Below are positions 11,881 through 24,004 of a stretch of DNA of 64,000 nucleotides, in pieces. A program made the position numbers and the translations under genes. Positions within the stretch are counted from its first letter, which is position 1. Each line of letters opens with the position of its first letter. The DNA is taken from NCBI RefSeq assembly GCF_009834535.1, contig NC_045697.1, forward strand, positions 76,882,001 to 76,946,000, read 5' to 3'. The DNA is from Camelus ferus (Eukaryota). The notes under the pieces were generated by a model that did no database searches, was not told the DNA's origin, and was given only the letters and a program-made list of their open reading frames with translations.

Positions 11881-14546
11881 TCCAAAATCACAACTTGTTA
11901 CAATACTCCAAATTTAGTAGGCGCTCAAAAAAAAATCTGCTTAGTATAATTTTTCATCAAATTAAAAGAGCTGAACTCATTAATCAATAAGCACATTTGT
12001 CCTACGTGCATCTGAAAGAAAAAGCCACATGCTGAAGCACTTTTGATTGTTATCACTGCTTTCAAATATATGCTCCAATTTAGAGAAATTAAAATACTGG
12101 GAGGGGAAAAAAAAGCTATTTCATTCTTTTTGATCAGTGAAGCCAAACACGTTTGGGAAAAAATTTCAGACTCACATCTCATCAGAAAGCTATTCCATTT
12201 ACCAGCTTGACACTTCTGTGTAGCACTTCACAACACAGGATAAGTCCATGGCCCACTTGGGGAGACACTATTTTGTAAGTATTCAGAAAGGAGGCAAGAT
12301 TAGTACCTCAGGAGTCATTAGCATTTCCAAAAGCATTATATGAATTGTTCCTGTGTGAGACATTTGATTGTAAAAAGGAAACTGGTAATTAATGCAGTCA
12401 TTTTAACTGCATGATTGTTTCAAGTAATATTGATGCCATAAAATCCTTTAGCCAAGTAACAAACTGTTAAGTGAATATGGAAAATTCCAATAATCAAGAA
12501 AGCAAAGGTCTCTTTCTCCTCTAAAATCCAACAACCCTATCTATGCAATAAAAGTTAACAGAAGCGTTCAACTAAAATCTTAGCTTTTATTTATCTAAAT
12601 GATGTAGCCATGAAGTTTAATGAAAAAATACACGCATTTATTCTTAAAGTTGCCTTTCACTGAGCAAAACTCTAATCCTTTACTTCATTCCTTCTATAAC
12701 ATTTGACAAGATCAAATATTAAAATTCAGAGGTACCATCATGGTAGAAAGTGAAAAATATATTTTTAAAATCATTTTGTTTTTTTCCAAATATGAATTAA
12801 CCTTACATCCTACAGTAATACTAATTAGTCTGTAAGGTAATTCTGCAAATTGACACTCTTTTTTTTTTTTAATTTAAGTATGTAAGTCAAGACCAATGTC
12901 AAAAAATCTTTTGTAACTTATTAAGTAAATAATCAAATAAATTCTTCATTAACATTCTGAAATATTAACATCAAAAGGAAATGTTCATCCTGCTGTAAAT
13001 CCAGTTTAGAATGACTGTTAAAAAATCTTTTGCGTTTTTTTTCTAATCAGGATTAGAATAACCATGATGTAGTTAAGACAACCGTAAACATACATTTTTC
13101 TAACATTTTGAGAAACTGTCATTAAGTAATAACACCCCTATAAATACCATGTAACAAGAAAAATCCATTTATGTCTTATTTGCAATTTACACTTCACTTA
13201 GATGGTTCAGAATCATAAAAGCATCCATGGAGAGAGATTTAAAAATCATTATATGACAATATTTGTTTAATAGAAAGTGATGGCTTAAATGCTACAATAT
13301 GTTTCTTGAATATCTTCACATTAAATAGTAATTGAACAAAAAGCCCCCTGGTTCTGCTCAAGGGCAAGTCCCACAAAGCTCCTCATTATTGGAATTTCCA
13401 ACTTGGAAGCCAAACTAAATAACAAGGAGTAATTTGCCAATTAGAACTTCCTGCTCTTTTCTCTTTATTCCTTAAACACCATTCAGGGGCTGAAGCGGTC
13501 AAACACTTTTAGCTTCAAAACAGCAACTGAAAGGATTTAATTTGTGTCTCTCCAAGGTGAAGCTGTCAAGAGGCAGCCGTGATGCAGTCCATGTCCCCCT
13601 CCAGCAATTTCCCTTCAAGACAGAGAAGTTGGTTTCCATTCTTGCAGAATATGGAGTTTCCTTTTCTCATTTCCCATTATTTCATTTCAATTAATGACCT
13701 CCAAATTTTATACTTGCGTAACTACTGGGCTGAAGAAGGTTGAGCCAATGTGTCCCTGGAATCTGCTAATGTCTTCAGACCAAACCTGTGTATATACCGG
13801 AAATAAAGAACTTCAGAGAGGCCTAACACAGACTGGAATGAGGACCAGGAAAACTGTGTTAAGCCTCAAACTGTGTGGCCCTAGACAGGATCACAGTACT
13901 CTGTTATTAGTGTAAGCCATGGCAAGAGAGAGGGTAGAATAACCTGCACTTAGAAATCCTTGGCAATATTTGCATTTCTTACCTGCATTTTCCTGATTAT
14001 AATCCGAGTCTACATCTTAGCTTATTATTCAATTTTAAATGTCCAATGATGAACAGAATTTAGATGCAGGCTTCTAAATTGCAAACATTCACAGATTAAC
14101 ACTAAATCAGTGAAATCCGGTCCTCTTTTCCAACCTAAGGAGACCTGACATGAGGCTCTGGGCTTACCCATTGAAGACCCACTAACATTAGAAAAAGAGT
14201 CTTCACTTTGCTCACTGTGAGCCTGTACAAGACCCCAAGGGAATTGCTCACTCCTCTGAGTCCTGCACCAGGAAAACTGGTTAAGGAGAAACTGCTTTCA
14301 AATGTTTGTTTGCAGACAGTATTTGTAATTAGGGTTTTTTTCCTCCTTTAATCCATCCTGTATTAAATCTGTACTGATAATCCATTGAAAAATGCAGTAG
14401 AGTATTACTATTTGTATATTTTAAAAAATCAGTCTTACAATGAGAATGTGTTACCTCTATCAATGGATTGCTTGAAAGGTTATCCAGGTTGCAAGAAGTT
14501 ATTTTTATCATAGTAGATAGCAGGTCAAGAACTCTGAGCTAAGAGG

Positions 14547-15035
14547 TGACAAAGATTCTTCTCATAACCAAACTTAAGGCAAGCTCTTCTGACCTCTTTT
14601 TCCAGTAGGCCTCAACTTTGGGGTTCCATGTTCTTCTCTGCATTGTCCCATTTTAGCAAGAATCATGCTAAGTTGGCTTAGCCAGAATCCCCCATCTTTG
14701 ATATCTGATCACCTTCAATATCTGATCACCTTCAATATCTGATCTGCCAGGCGATGTGGGATCACTCAGCCCTGCCTTTAACAAGAATCTTGTTTGTTCA
14801 CTTGAGCCAGAACTCCTCTTAAGCCTGAGGTTTCTTAGTAATTTCTACCTGGTGGCTTCCACTCTGCACCTTGGCTATAAGTCCCCACTTTTCCTTGTTG
14901 TGCATGGAGCTGACTCCAATCTCTCTCCCACTGCAAAACTCCATTGCAGTGGTCCTTATACCTATCTCAATAGTCTCCTGAATAAAGTCTGTCCTACAGT
15001 TTTTAACAGTGTCATGAATATTTTTTTCTTTAACA
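14547..15035 (+). mobile_element. Solo LTR, MER31-like (ERV1)
   Basis: TG...CA termini (TGACAAAGATTC...CTTTAACA); 4-bp TSD GAGG at 14543-14546 and 15036-15039; 'ggctataagtcccc' TATA-like and AATAAA at ~14981; internal 17-bp repeat ATATCTGATCACCTTCA x2.6 at 14701-14744. Confidence 0.88.
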
Positions 15036-15125
15036 GAGGTCAGAAGACACGAATCCTTTTTAAACTGGTTGTTAGGACAAGCTTCCTCACTTCCTAGGCA
15101 GTTTTAAAAGCGTATGGGAGTGTAA

Positions 15126-15500
<375 letters not shown>

Positions 15501-15899
15501 AATACAAAAAAAAAAAAAATTGAACTTCATACCAGTTCTTACTATTACTGTTCTACTACGGGAATGTTTCAGTTCAAACAAACTAGATCAACAGAAATTT
15601 ATAGTAACAGAATTTAAAACTTTAGCAAATCTTAATGATCATTTAGTTCTTAAACCAAACCACATAATTTTCCAGATAAAAAATTGAAGTTACAGAAATG
15701 ATTTAATAACAATATTTTAAAATTCGAAGAGGTTGATTTTACTTATACATTTTTTGTAATTAATCCTAAGTATTACTTAACATGCAAAAAAGAGTAGCTT
15801 ATTGTTACCTTTATAAAAGAACTTCAAAATCAATTTATTTGAAACAAATTTCTATTCTACAATCTTGCCAGATGCCCAAATTAGAAAAAACGAAAGTCT

Positions 15900-16600
15900 C
15901 TTGGATGCCTATTTATCTGTCACCACTCATAAAATGTCTCCTGAGTCTGTCACTTGGTCTCTACTCACACTGCCCCTGCTCTTCCAGGAGCTCACCAGCT
16001 ATATCCCTGCCACCATCTTGCCTGGTTCCAATGCATCCTCCATACTGTTGCAATAATTATTTCTCATCTACAGTTTTGATCTTGTCATTCCCTTACTTTC
16101 CAAGCTTTGGTGGCCCCTTATCACCCCCCTGCAGCATGGTATTCAAGGACATTCTACACTCTTGCTTTGACCTTTGACCAGTTTCCTCTGCTGCCCCTCC
16201 TCCACCCACACTTGGGGGTGAAGCTGCACCAGCCTTCACCATTTCACAGATACTCATGCCCCCATGTCTTGGCTAATGCTTCTCACTCTTTTGGAATCTT
16301 CTTCCCACCCACTTCTCTTCTCCCCCTTCTCTACCTTGCATATTTTCATACATCTTCACTTCACCTCCTCTTTGAAGTCTTTCTTCAAAAACACACAAAA
16401 TAAATCAACTGATTACTCCCTCACAACAGTTTATTATAACAGCACATTTATTTGTATTATCATATCTGCCCCTCTGAAATAGCTTCAACCTCAACTTCCA
16501 CATACACTCCAAAAGCATCAGCTCCCTATTTATTTTTGTAGCCTTCCTTTCCAGCACAGTGCTTGTATACAGAAAGTATTCTATAAATGTAGAATCACTT
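15900..16600 (+). mobile_element. L2 LINE 3' portion
   Basis: Pyrimidine-rich L2 body ending 'ccagcacagtgcttgtatacagaaagtattctataaatgt'; accounts for ORFs 15782-16482. Confidence 0.75.
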
Positions 16601-18039
16601 TGGCAATAAATTCATTAATTGTCAATAGACAGTGACCATGTGTCATTTCAGAAATTATTTCCTACTGGGACATTTGCCATCATTATACAGAAGTTAAAAA
16701 ATACTGAATAATTTAATATATATTAAATTTCAGCAATTAAATATTGAAATATATGGAAAACTACACTATTCTTAAATGTTCATCAATTGATATTAATTGA
16801 GCCAACTGAAGTGCATGACAGTGCTGTGCACTGAGGTGATTTTAAATATCATTAATAAAATATAATCTCTGCCCAGGGGAACTTACAATCTAAAAATTAT
16901 GACATTGGCAACATACACAGTTCTGATTGTAAGCCATAAGCCATATGTTATGTCACTGAGGTTGGGAGTTGCTAAGTACAAATGAGTCTACAAAACACAG
17001 AAAATCAGACATCTATATGGATGTTGAATTGAGATCATTGTGAAGTATCTGGCTCAGTGCTACCTATATTTTATTTTATTTGCAGCTTCTTTCTTAAATA
17101 ATTAGGATTTTAATGGATGTAATGTATACATTTATGAAAAATGATGTGAAGCATATAATAGCCCACTGTTCTACAGGATTAGATGGATGATAATGTAGAT
17201 ACATATAAACGATCAAGAGGCTATTTCTGGTTTTCACACTTAATGAAAGGTTTTGGATTGATTGTTTGCTGGAAATAATTTTATATGAACATCTAATGAA
17301 CGTGTAATGTAAACACACACACTCAGTCTCTAATTTATCTAAGCTACTTCAAAAACATTGGTTACTATTACTTTGAAATAAGGAAAGTACAGACACACAG
17401 AGGCCAGCTGCAATACTATGAATGATCACATTCTGATCTATTTTTCTGTGACTTTTCTAAAAGCCGTCAAGCCCCATTGCGATTCTTAAAATGAGAATCT
17501 ATTAGGCTTCTTAAGTTTCTAAGGTCTTTGGCAGTTCTCTCCTGTCTAGTTAATCAAGTAATACCTCCTAAGGGTACTTATGAGATGAGCAAAAACTGTG
17601 GTCATAATTTCTAGACTGTCAAGAAAATGGAAATTTATACTTTGAATAAACCCCAGGGATGTTACATAGCAAGAAGTTCTATTTCAGCCTGGGAGTTAAA
17701 AAAAAAAAGAAGAAGAAGAAATACAGAGATGTGGTGAAAAGTTTCTTGCAGCTATCTAATTTATTTTAACAGCATGTTTCAAAAATAATTATCATTAATA
17801 GAATCAACAGTTATGAAAGATAGGAAAATTGCCTCTAAAGTGAAAGTGTATGAAACAACTATTTTATAAGAATTAAACTTGATACTGGGGCCTTTATGTC
17901 TAGTGACAAATTTCCACACTGGAATATATTATATACACATTTATATTCTTCCCATTTTGCTGTCTGAATGCTTAATTTTAGATCTCAAGATGATCTATAC
18001 ACCAAAATGTCACTGAGTTTCTTGAGAAACTCTTCACTC

Positions 18040-18407
18040 TTTTTAAATTGATGCATAATTGACTTACAATATTTTATCAGTTTCAGGTTTACAACATAGT
18101 GATTCAGTATTTTTATACATTACAAATGATCATCACAATAAGTCTAGTTACAATCTGTCACCATACAAAACTATCACAATATTAGTGACTATATTTTCTA
18201 TGCTGTACATTACATGCCTGTGACTTATTTACTTTAATTATAAGTTTGTACCTCTCAATCTCTTTTATCTATTACACCTACCCTCTACCCTCTCCCCTTT
18301 GGCAACTACCAGTTTGTTCTCTGTATCTATGAGTGTGTTTCTGTTTTGTTATGTTTATTCATTTGTTTTGTTTTTTAGATTTCACATATAAGTGAAATCA
18401 TACAATT
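18040..18407 (-). mobile_element. L1 3' end (laurasiatherian L1MA9-like)
   Basis: 'ttttaaattgatgcataattgacttacaatatt...caggtttacaacatagtgattcag...ggcaactaccagtttgttctctgtatctatgag...agatttcacatataagtgaaatcatac'. Confidence 0.88.
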
Positions 18408-18704
18408 GTTTACTCTTGAGAGTGTATTTCTTGACTGAAGCTTTGAAATTGCAAATTATGCTCTCTGTTCATTTATTAATTTAATATTTCCAATTGTGCT
18501 AGCTCTGCAAATGCAAGGGGAAACTGTTATTAAATATTAATCCCTGCTTTCTTGACTTCTATTTTGGTTGGTTGAAAATTAATTAGATATGACCTGCAAA
18601 AAGACAAATTTGAAATCTTTTCAAAAGGTTTTTAACTTGGCATAAGTAGTTTCTAAGAATGCCAATAGATGTTATTATTTAGTACTTAGTAAAAAATAAT
18701 ATAT

Positions 18705-18800
18705 TGTTTTCACAACATGGTGAATATACAAAATGCCACTGGACTATATGCATTAAAATGATTAATTTTTTCTTATGTGAATTTTATCTCAGTGAAAAAA
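18705..18800 (+). mobile_element. L1 3' tail fragment (L1MB-like)
   Basis: 'cacaacatggtgaatatacaaaatgccactggactatatgcattaaaatg...tgtgaattttatctcagtgaaaaaa'. Confidence 0.7.
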
Positions 18801-20971
18801 TATATGAATGTTAACAGGGGTCATTTCTATCCCACTGAAATTTACTTACAAATTAATAAAAGTTCTAATGAATGATGTCTTCCTAATTATAAAGAACCTT
18901 CTAGAATTGCTATTTCAAGTCTCTACTCAGACACACTAGACAGTTGGCATTTGCTTCATCAACTCTTCTGTAATAATATAAATTACCTTAACTACTGAGT
19001 AACCACAGAAAAAATATTTTATATCCATTAGAGTCTCAGTATTACTGTTATTTACTAAAATTTGTTGGTGAAGTAATTTATGTAAGATAGATATAGATAT
19101 TTTTCCCAGTAACCTGATTTTTTAAAAATTCTTAATTCTCCTGAAAAACAAAATCTAGCAACAACATCAAAAATTCTTTAGTTAGTATCAACCGGTTCCA
19201 AGAAGCTCTAGGAATCCTAGATATATTGGAAATAAAATCTCGAACTCTTGGGATAAACAAACCAACATTCTCTGACTTACCTTTCAATTACTTCAAAGTT
19301 GGCTAATCTCTCATTGATTCTTAGAATCTTTAATGTTTCTAAACTTGCTCTGGACATATGACTATGCTCTTATCTGATCTAACTATGACAGGCAATATAG
19401 GCCAAGACTTTAAAAATGATTCCTATCTGGCAGATAATGCTAACTCGGCCTGCACAAGAAGGTATTCATTACAATGAATTGTCTGTACTGAAAATTCTGA
19501 CTTCTAGGCTGGCTTTTTAAACTTCCACTTAACTGAATGTTTGACTAGATCTAGCCCAATATTCCCTAATGATGTTCCTAGATGAAACATATGTGTTTAG
19601 AAGAACTGCAGTTTCAAGTTTACCAGTTCTCTATATGAATAGGTAATTTTGAGAGAAAGTATGACTTTAAATCAAAAGGAAGTGAGGAATTAAAATCCCG
19701 AAGTGTGTCAACTTAAGCAAAGTATACCAAAAGTTTCTCTTTTAAATTAACTTCTCTACTCTTGAGATTTCAATCAGAGGAAATCCATTCTATCTTTTAG
19801 ATACTGTCCTTCTTTAGTGGACAGGAGAAGGACCTGGCAAATGTATCATTAACCAGCAAGGGGAAAAAGATGATCCTATTATACCCTCTCTTAGTCTCTA
19901 TATTTATCCTCCGTATACTTAGATCTTTCTGACCACAAAGGAAACCGATATTACCCAAGGTATTTAAAGCAAGGCAGAGAAGATGTTCATGATGTTAAGT
20001 ATATTCATAATATTAAAGTTTCCCTTCTTAAGCAACTCTGGTCAAGGGAGCAGAAATCTAATCAAACTTTACAGTACTTAAAGATAAGAGTCACTTGGCA
20101 CTCTGGTTTCCACTATTAGAAACAATTCTTTTCCTTCTTCTACAAGAACATCACAGAAACCAAGAAAGAGAAACAGACAAGTTGTCTGACCTCCCTTGTT
20201 ATCCCTCAGGCAATTGGGGAAAAGCAACACATACCTCGGTTTCCAATTTATCATTCAATTTTCACAGTCATAAATTACTTCTCAGGCTTTAAAACAACAG
20301 GATTCTAAAAGGACACTGTAAGGCACTTAAATTCCAGTAACTGAACTCAGATGTATGAGACAATTTAAAATCTTTATAAAAACTTCCTGTTTCAGAATTC
20401 CCCAAAATGGAATCCTAGAAAATCTGTGCACCAAAATGCTACAGAAATAAGGTTAAAATTAATGCACCAAACATATCTCTAAAAAGTCTTGGTTCCTGGT
20501 AGACAATCAATAAATCTTTTGAAGGTGTCTTAGGTTATACCCTGTCTTTGCTAATCAATTAATTTTGGTTGTGAATGTTCAATATCAATTATTATCACCT
20601 AATCTATCACAGATTATCAACAGACCAACAGAACAATTCAGTTGTTGAAAGTTCTATTTTGTTCACTCAAGCTGAATGAATTTTCCTAAGACGTCAGTAC
20701 ATTCAGGAGGTTGGTTAAGCCAGGCACCATCACATAAGTATGCTAGATATGATACATAAACAGGAAAATTAGCAAATGCTTTTGAACAAACTGAATCACA
20801 GCAAACAAAAGGCAAAGGCAAAGAGGACAAAGCAGAAACAAGGTGCTTAAAGAAAAACCATTGTTTTGGCACTGATCCAGAAGAAAAACAAAAACTGTCT
20901 AATAGGTACACAGTCAGAGTAGGGCCATTTGTCAAGAGTCTGTAGGAACAAACTCTAAGTGGCTGTCTTAC

Positions 20972-21053
20972 ATGTCTCAAGAGGTAGAACTGAGCTGATG
21001 CTGTCAACTGCCGGTGCTGTAGTTCCAATCTCAGGAGCTCTAATTTGACCCTC
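20972..21053 (-). other. Candidate 82-nt internal exon of an unidentified - strand transcript
   Basis: ctaattggaattctttctcag|GAGGG...GACAT|gtaaga: branch-point-like CTAAT, short pyrimidine tract, GT-AG boundaries; no homology recognised. Confidence 0.25.
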
Positions 21054-21734
21054 CTGAGAAAGAATTCCAATTAGAAACATATAAAGGAAGCCATTTAGAC
21101 ATGGTGCTTTGGGACAAGTCTGACCCAGTGTGTCAATGTCAACTGAAACAAAAAACTAAAGGAACTTTCTCAAGCATGTTGTCTATTCTAGATAAAAGCT
21201 AAGGACTTTTGAGACCCAGCTTTTGAAGTAGGCCTCCCCGGACTAGAATGAGGACAACTAAAATACTGAAAGCTGGCTTGCCTTTTTTTTTTTTTTTTTT
21301 TTTTTTTGCCATGTCTGCCTGGTATGCCTTATAAAAACTGAGGAGTACCACAGCAAGCTATGTGTCATATTCTAGCAAAATTAGGCTAGTTAAAAATGTT
21401 TAATTCTTAATGGTCAAACAGCAAGCTATGAAGAGTATTTATCTGTAAGTGATTTTAAATCTGGCTTCCCATGTAGACTTGCCATCACTGACAATTCCTT
21501 TTGGAATTGCCTCAAATCTCTACTATGTTGGTATTACATCAACTACAAGGCAAACTTATCTGTAGAGATACAAAAACTAGGGTCTGTTTGGGGATTTAAG
21601 AGGGTAAGAGGTATGGGAAAAAAAAGGATAATTTAGGATTTCAACTTGTAAATCACACAGAAACAAGAAAATAGCATGAAACAAAATAAAAATTCACTCT
21701 GTTTTATCCAGTTTTTATTGCCAGTGAACCATAG

Positions 21735-21888
21735 ATCAAGGGTTCTTGCAGTCCAGCAAGCCTTTGAACCTCCTAAGATTACATGCAAAAAATTTTGCAG
21801 ATGCACTTTTCTCTGTGTATAGGCACCATAGCTTTCACCAGGTTCTCAAAGGAGTCTGTGACCCATTAAATTTAGGAGCCACTGCTCT
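21735..21888. mobile_element. hAT-Charlie MER-type remnant
   Basis: 'ccatagctttcaccaggttctcaaaggagtctgtgacccattaaatttaggagccactg'; an oppositely oriented relative lies at ~43380-43500. Confidence 0.6.
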
Positions 21889-22691
21889 TATTTACTCTGC
21901 TTTGCATGTGGATTCTAGCTACCTCTGATAATATCTGGAGCACCTGTTTCATTTTCAACCTAAGCTTGACAAAAGCAAAAGCATCTGGCAGACAAGTGCA
22001 CAAGATCTAGTGCAAGATCATGAGCCTACAGTCAATTTTCTTACACGTAGCTCCTGAATTTGAAGAACTTAAAGGGCACTGTCAGGGAGGGCAAAGTGAT
22101 TAGAGGAAACGAGGAGCCATATATTATGGATATTCCCAGTTGATGAAGAAATCGAGATGAAAGTTCACAACATGAATTTTCACTCAATAAAAATTACTGG
22201 GATTTTTAAAAAGCCCCTTTCTTCGAGATCAAGTCTCAACTGAAAATATAAGTTAAGACAACTAAAATCCAAAGAGCATACTCCAGCAAGATCATAACCA
22301 TTTTCAATTAACTCAGCTCAGGAAACTGTCCTTGGCAGATGACCTCCAGAGTATAGTGCAGAGAGTCAAGGTGTTCCATAATTTAGTCAACGAAACAAGT
22401 CGTGGTGCTTCCTGTGGGGTTTCTCCAATATATTCACCTGTACTATTTCATAACTCCTCAAGGGAATCTTGAAGACAGTATGTACAACGTGTTTTAACTT
22501 CCCTAAAGAAAGGTGGCCATAAATTCCAAACCATTTTAATACTCTTGCTGCTCCTGATATATACTCTTACTTATAATCTGCTGAAGCAAAATAAAACCAT
22601 TGCTGCAATTTTATTTCGTATTTATTTTAAAATCACAAATCCTGTCTTGTTAAGAATTTCAAAGGCTACTGGTAACAAGACAACCATGTAG

Positions 22692-22931
22692 TATATAAAA
22701 AATACATCTTTTACAAGTCCCGCAGCCTGTTCCTGCCCAGGAGGAGCAGTCGCTGACACCTGAAGCCAGCCTGTTGGCACTGAGCACACAGTCCCATGGC
22801 CACTGCTGCTGAGCATGGCGTGGAGCTTCGTGCCTTGCCCGGCACCAAAGCACACACAGGATCAAAGGCATGCACATAACTGGCATGCCATCATCTACAG
22901 CGCTAAAGCCCCTGAATGCTTCTATATAAAA
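22692..22931. promoter_or_regulatory. Candidate promoter/enhancer (GC-rich, CpG-retaining patch bounded by TATATAAAA motifs)
   Basis: TATATAAAA at 22692 and 22923, about six CpGs between them, TCF/LEF site ATCAAAG at 22861; non-repetitive context. Confidence 0.35.
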
Positions 22932-23889
22932 TTACATGGATGTTGACAAACCACCTGTTGGACTAAAGAAAAAAATAAATTGTGCACCACTTTTCCCTAT
23001 ATGCTCATATAAAATTTATTCTTTGATTTTTTTCAATGCATATATATCTATTTTAAATGCCTTGCAATATCCAGCCTATGGAAAGTCATGACCATTTAAA
23101 TTAAGAAAAAAAAAAAAAAAAAGAAAGAAAGACAGAAAAACAAGTTTTAAGTTCCTGCTTATCAAAATGCTTTAAAGCTGGCAGGGAGAGGGGAGGTGGG
23201 GCAGGGGAACTATCCTTGTTATTTACCAATCTGTGTGCCTTCCTGTGCTTGGCAATGTTTTAAAGTTAATGGAAAAAAAAACACACAGATGAATTTTTTT
23301 CAATGGCATCGCTAACTCTCCCCACTAAGAGTTTCTAGGAAATACTACCAGAAAGCTGCATTATGCTATACTGCATAGTCTTCTATTTAGAATATGTTGA
23401 ATATATAGCACAATGGTAATAAGGCAAGGCAGAAATAAACAGAAAAGACAATTAAAAGTAGATGTTTATTCACAAGTTACTGGAATTAAATGTAATCAGT
23501 GGATTCATAGAGGTATGTACATGGTGTTATGCTTCAGTGATTTTTGGAAGGCTTTACAGGGAACAAGCTTTAGAATTCTGAAGAGAATACTCTAAGTTCT
23601 AAAGTTTTAATATGATTTTTTGATAGGCAATATCGTCACCTGGTTCAAAATTCAAAAGGAACAAGGGATGATATGGCGGAAATTCCCTTGCCACACCTAT
23701 CCCTAGTCACCTAGTTGCTCTCCCTATAAACATCCAGTGTTAACACAAAGGTTTCTTGTAAGACCCAAATACTGATTCTCTGCTTGATAAAGACTTAGGC
23801 TACCAACAACATTCTCGTAAGTCTATGGTATTTTATTATATATTGGTATAGTATGCATTTTATTGTATGATTAAAAGCAACTCTGTCAT

Positions 23890-24004
23890 GTATTAATTAG
23901 CTAGATAATTTTCATAATGTATATGGATATCAAATCATTGTGATACACACTTTAAATAGCTTACAATTTTGTCAACTTTATCTCAATAAAGCTGAACGAA
24001 AAAA
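23890..24004 (+). mobile_element. L1 3' tail fragment
   Basis: 'atcaaatcattgtgatacacactttaaatagcttacaattttgtcaactttatctcaataaagctg(A)n'; direct repeat GCAACTCTGT at 23877-23886 and 24009-24018. Confidence 0.75.

Noticed and set aside
14701..14744. Short direct repeats (also 35826-35860 and 49535-49591) as a CRISPR-like array
   Set aside because: Adjacent tandem duplications with no spacers, in a mammalian genome.
15782..16482. Cluster of four overlapping ORFs
   Set aside because: Explained by pyrimidine-rich, stop-poor L2 sequence.
20663..21070. 135-aa - strand ORF
   Set aside because: Begins at a non-ATG codon and is Leu/Phe/Cys-rich like antisense noise; only the 82-nt exon-like part was kept as a weak candidate.
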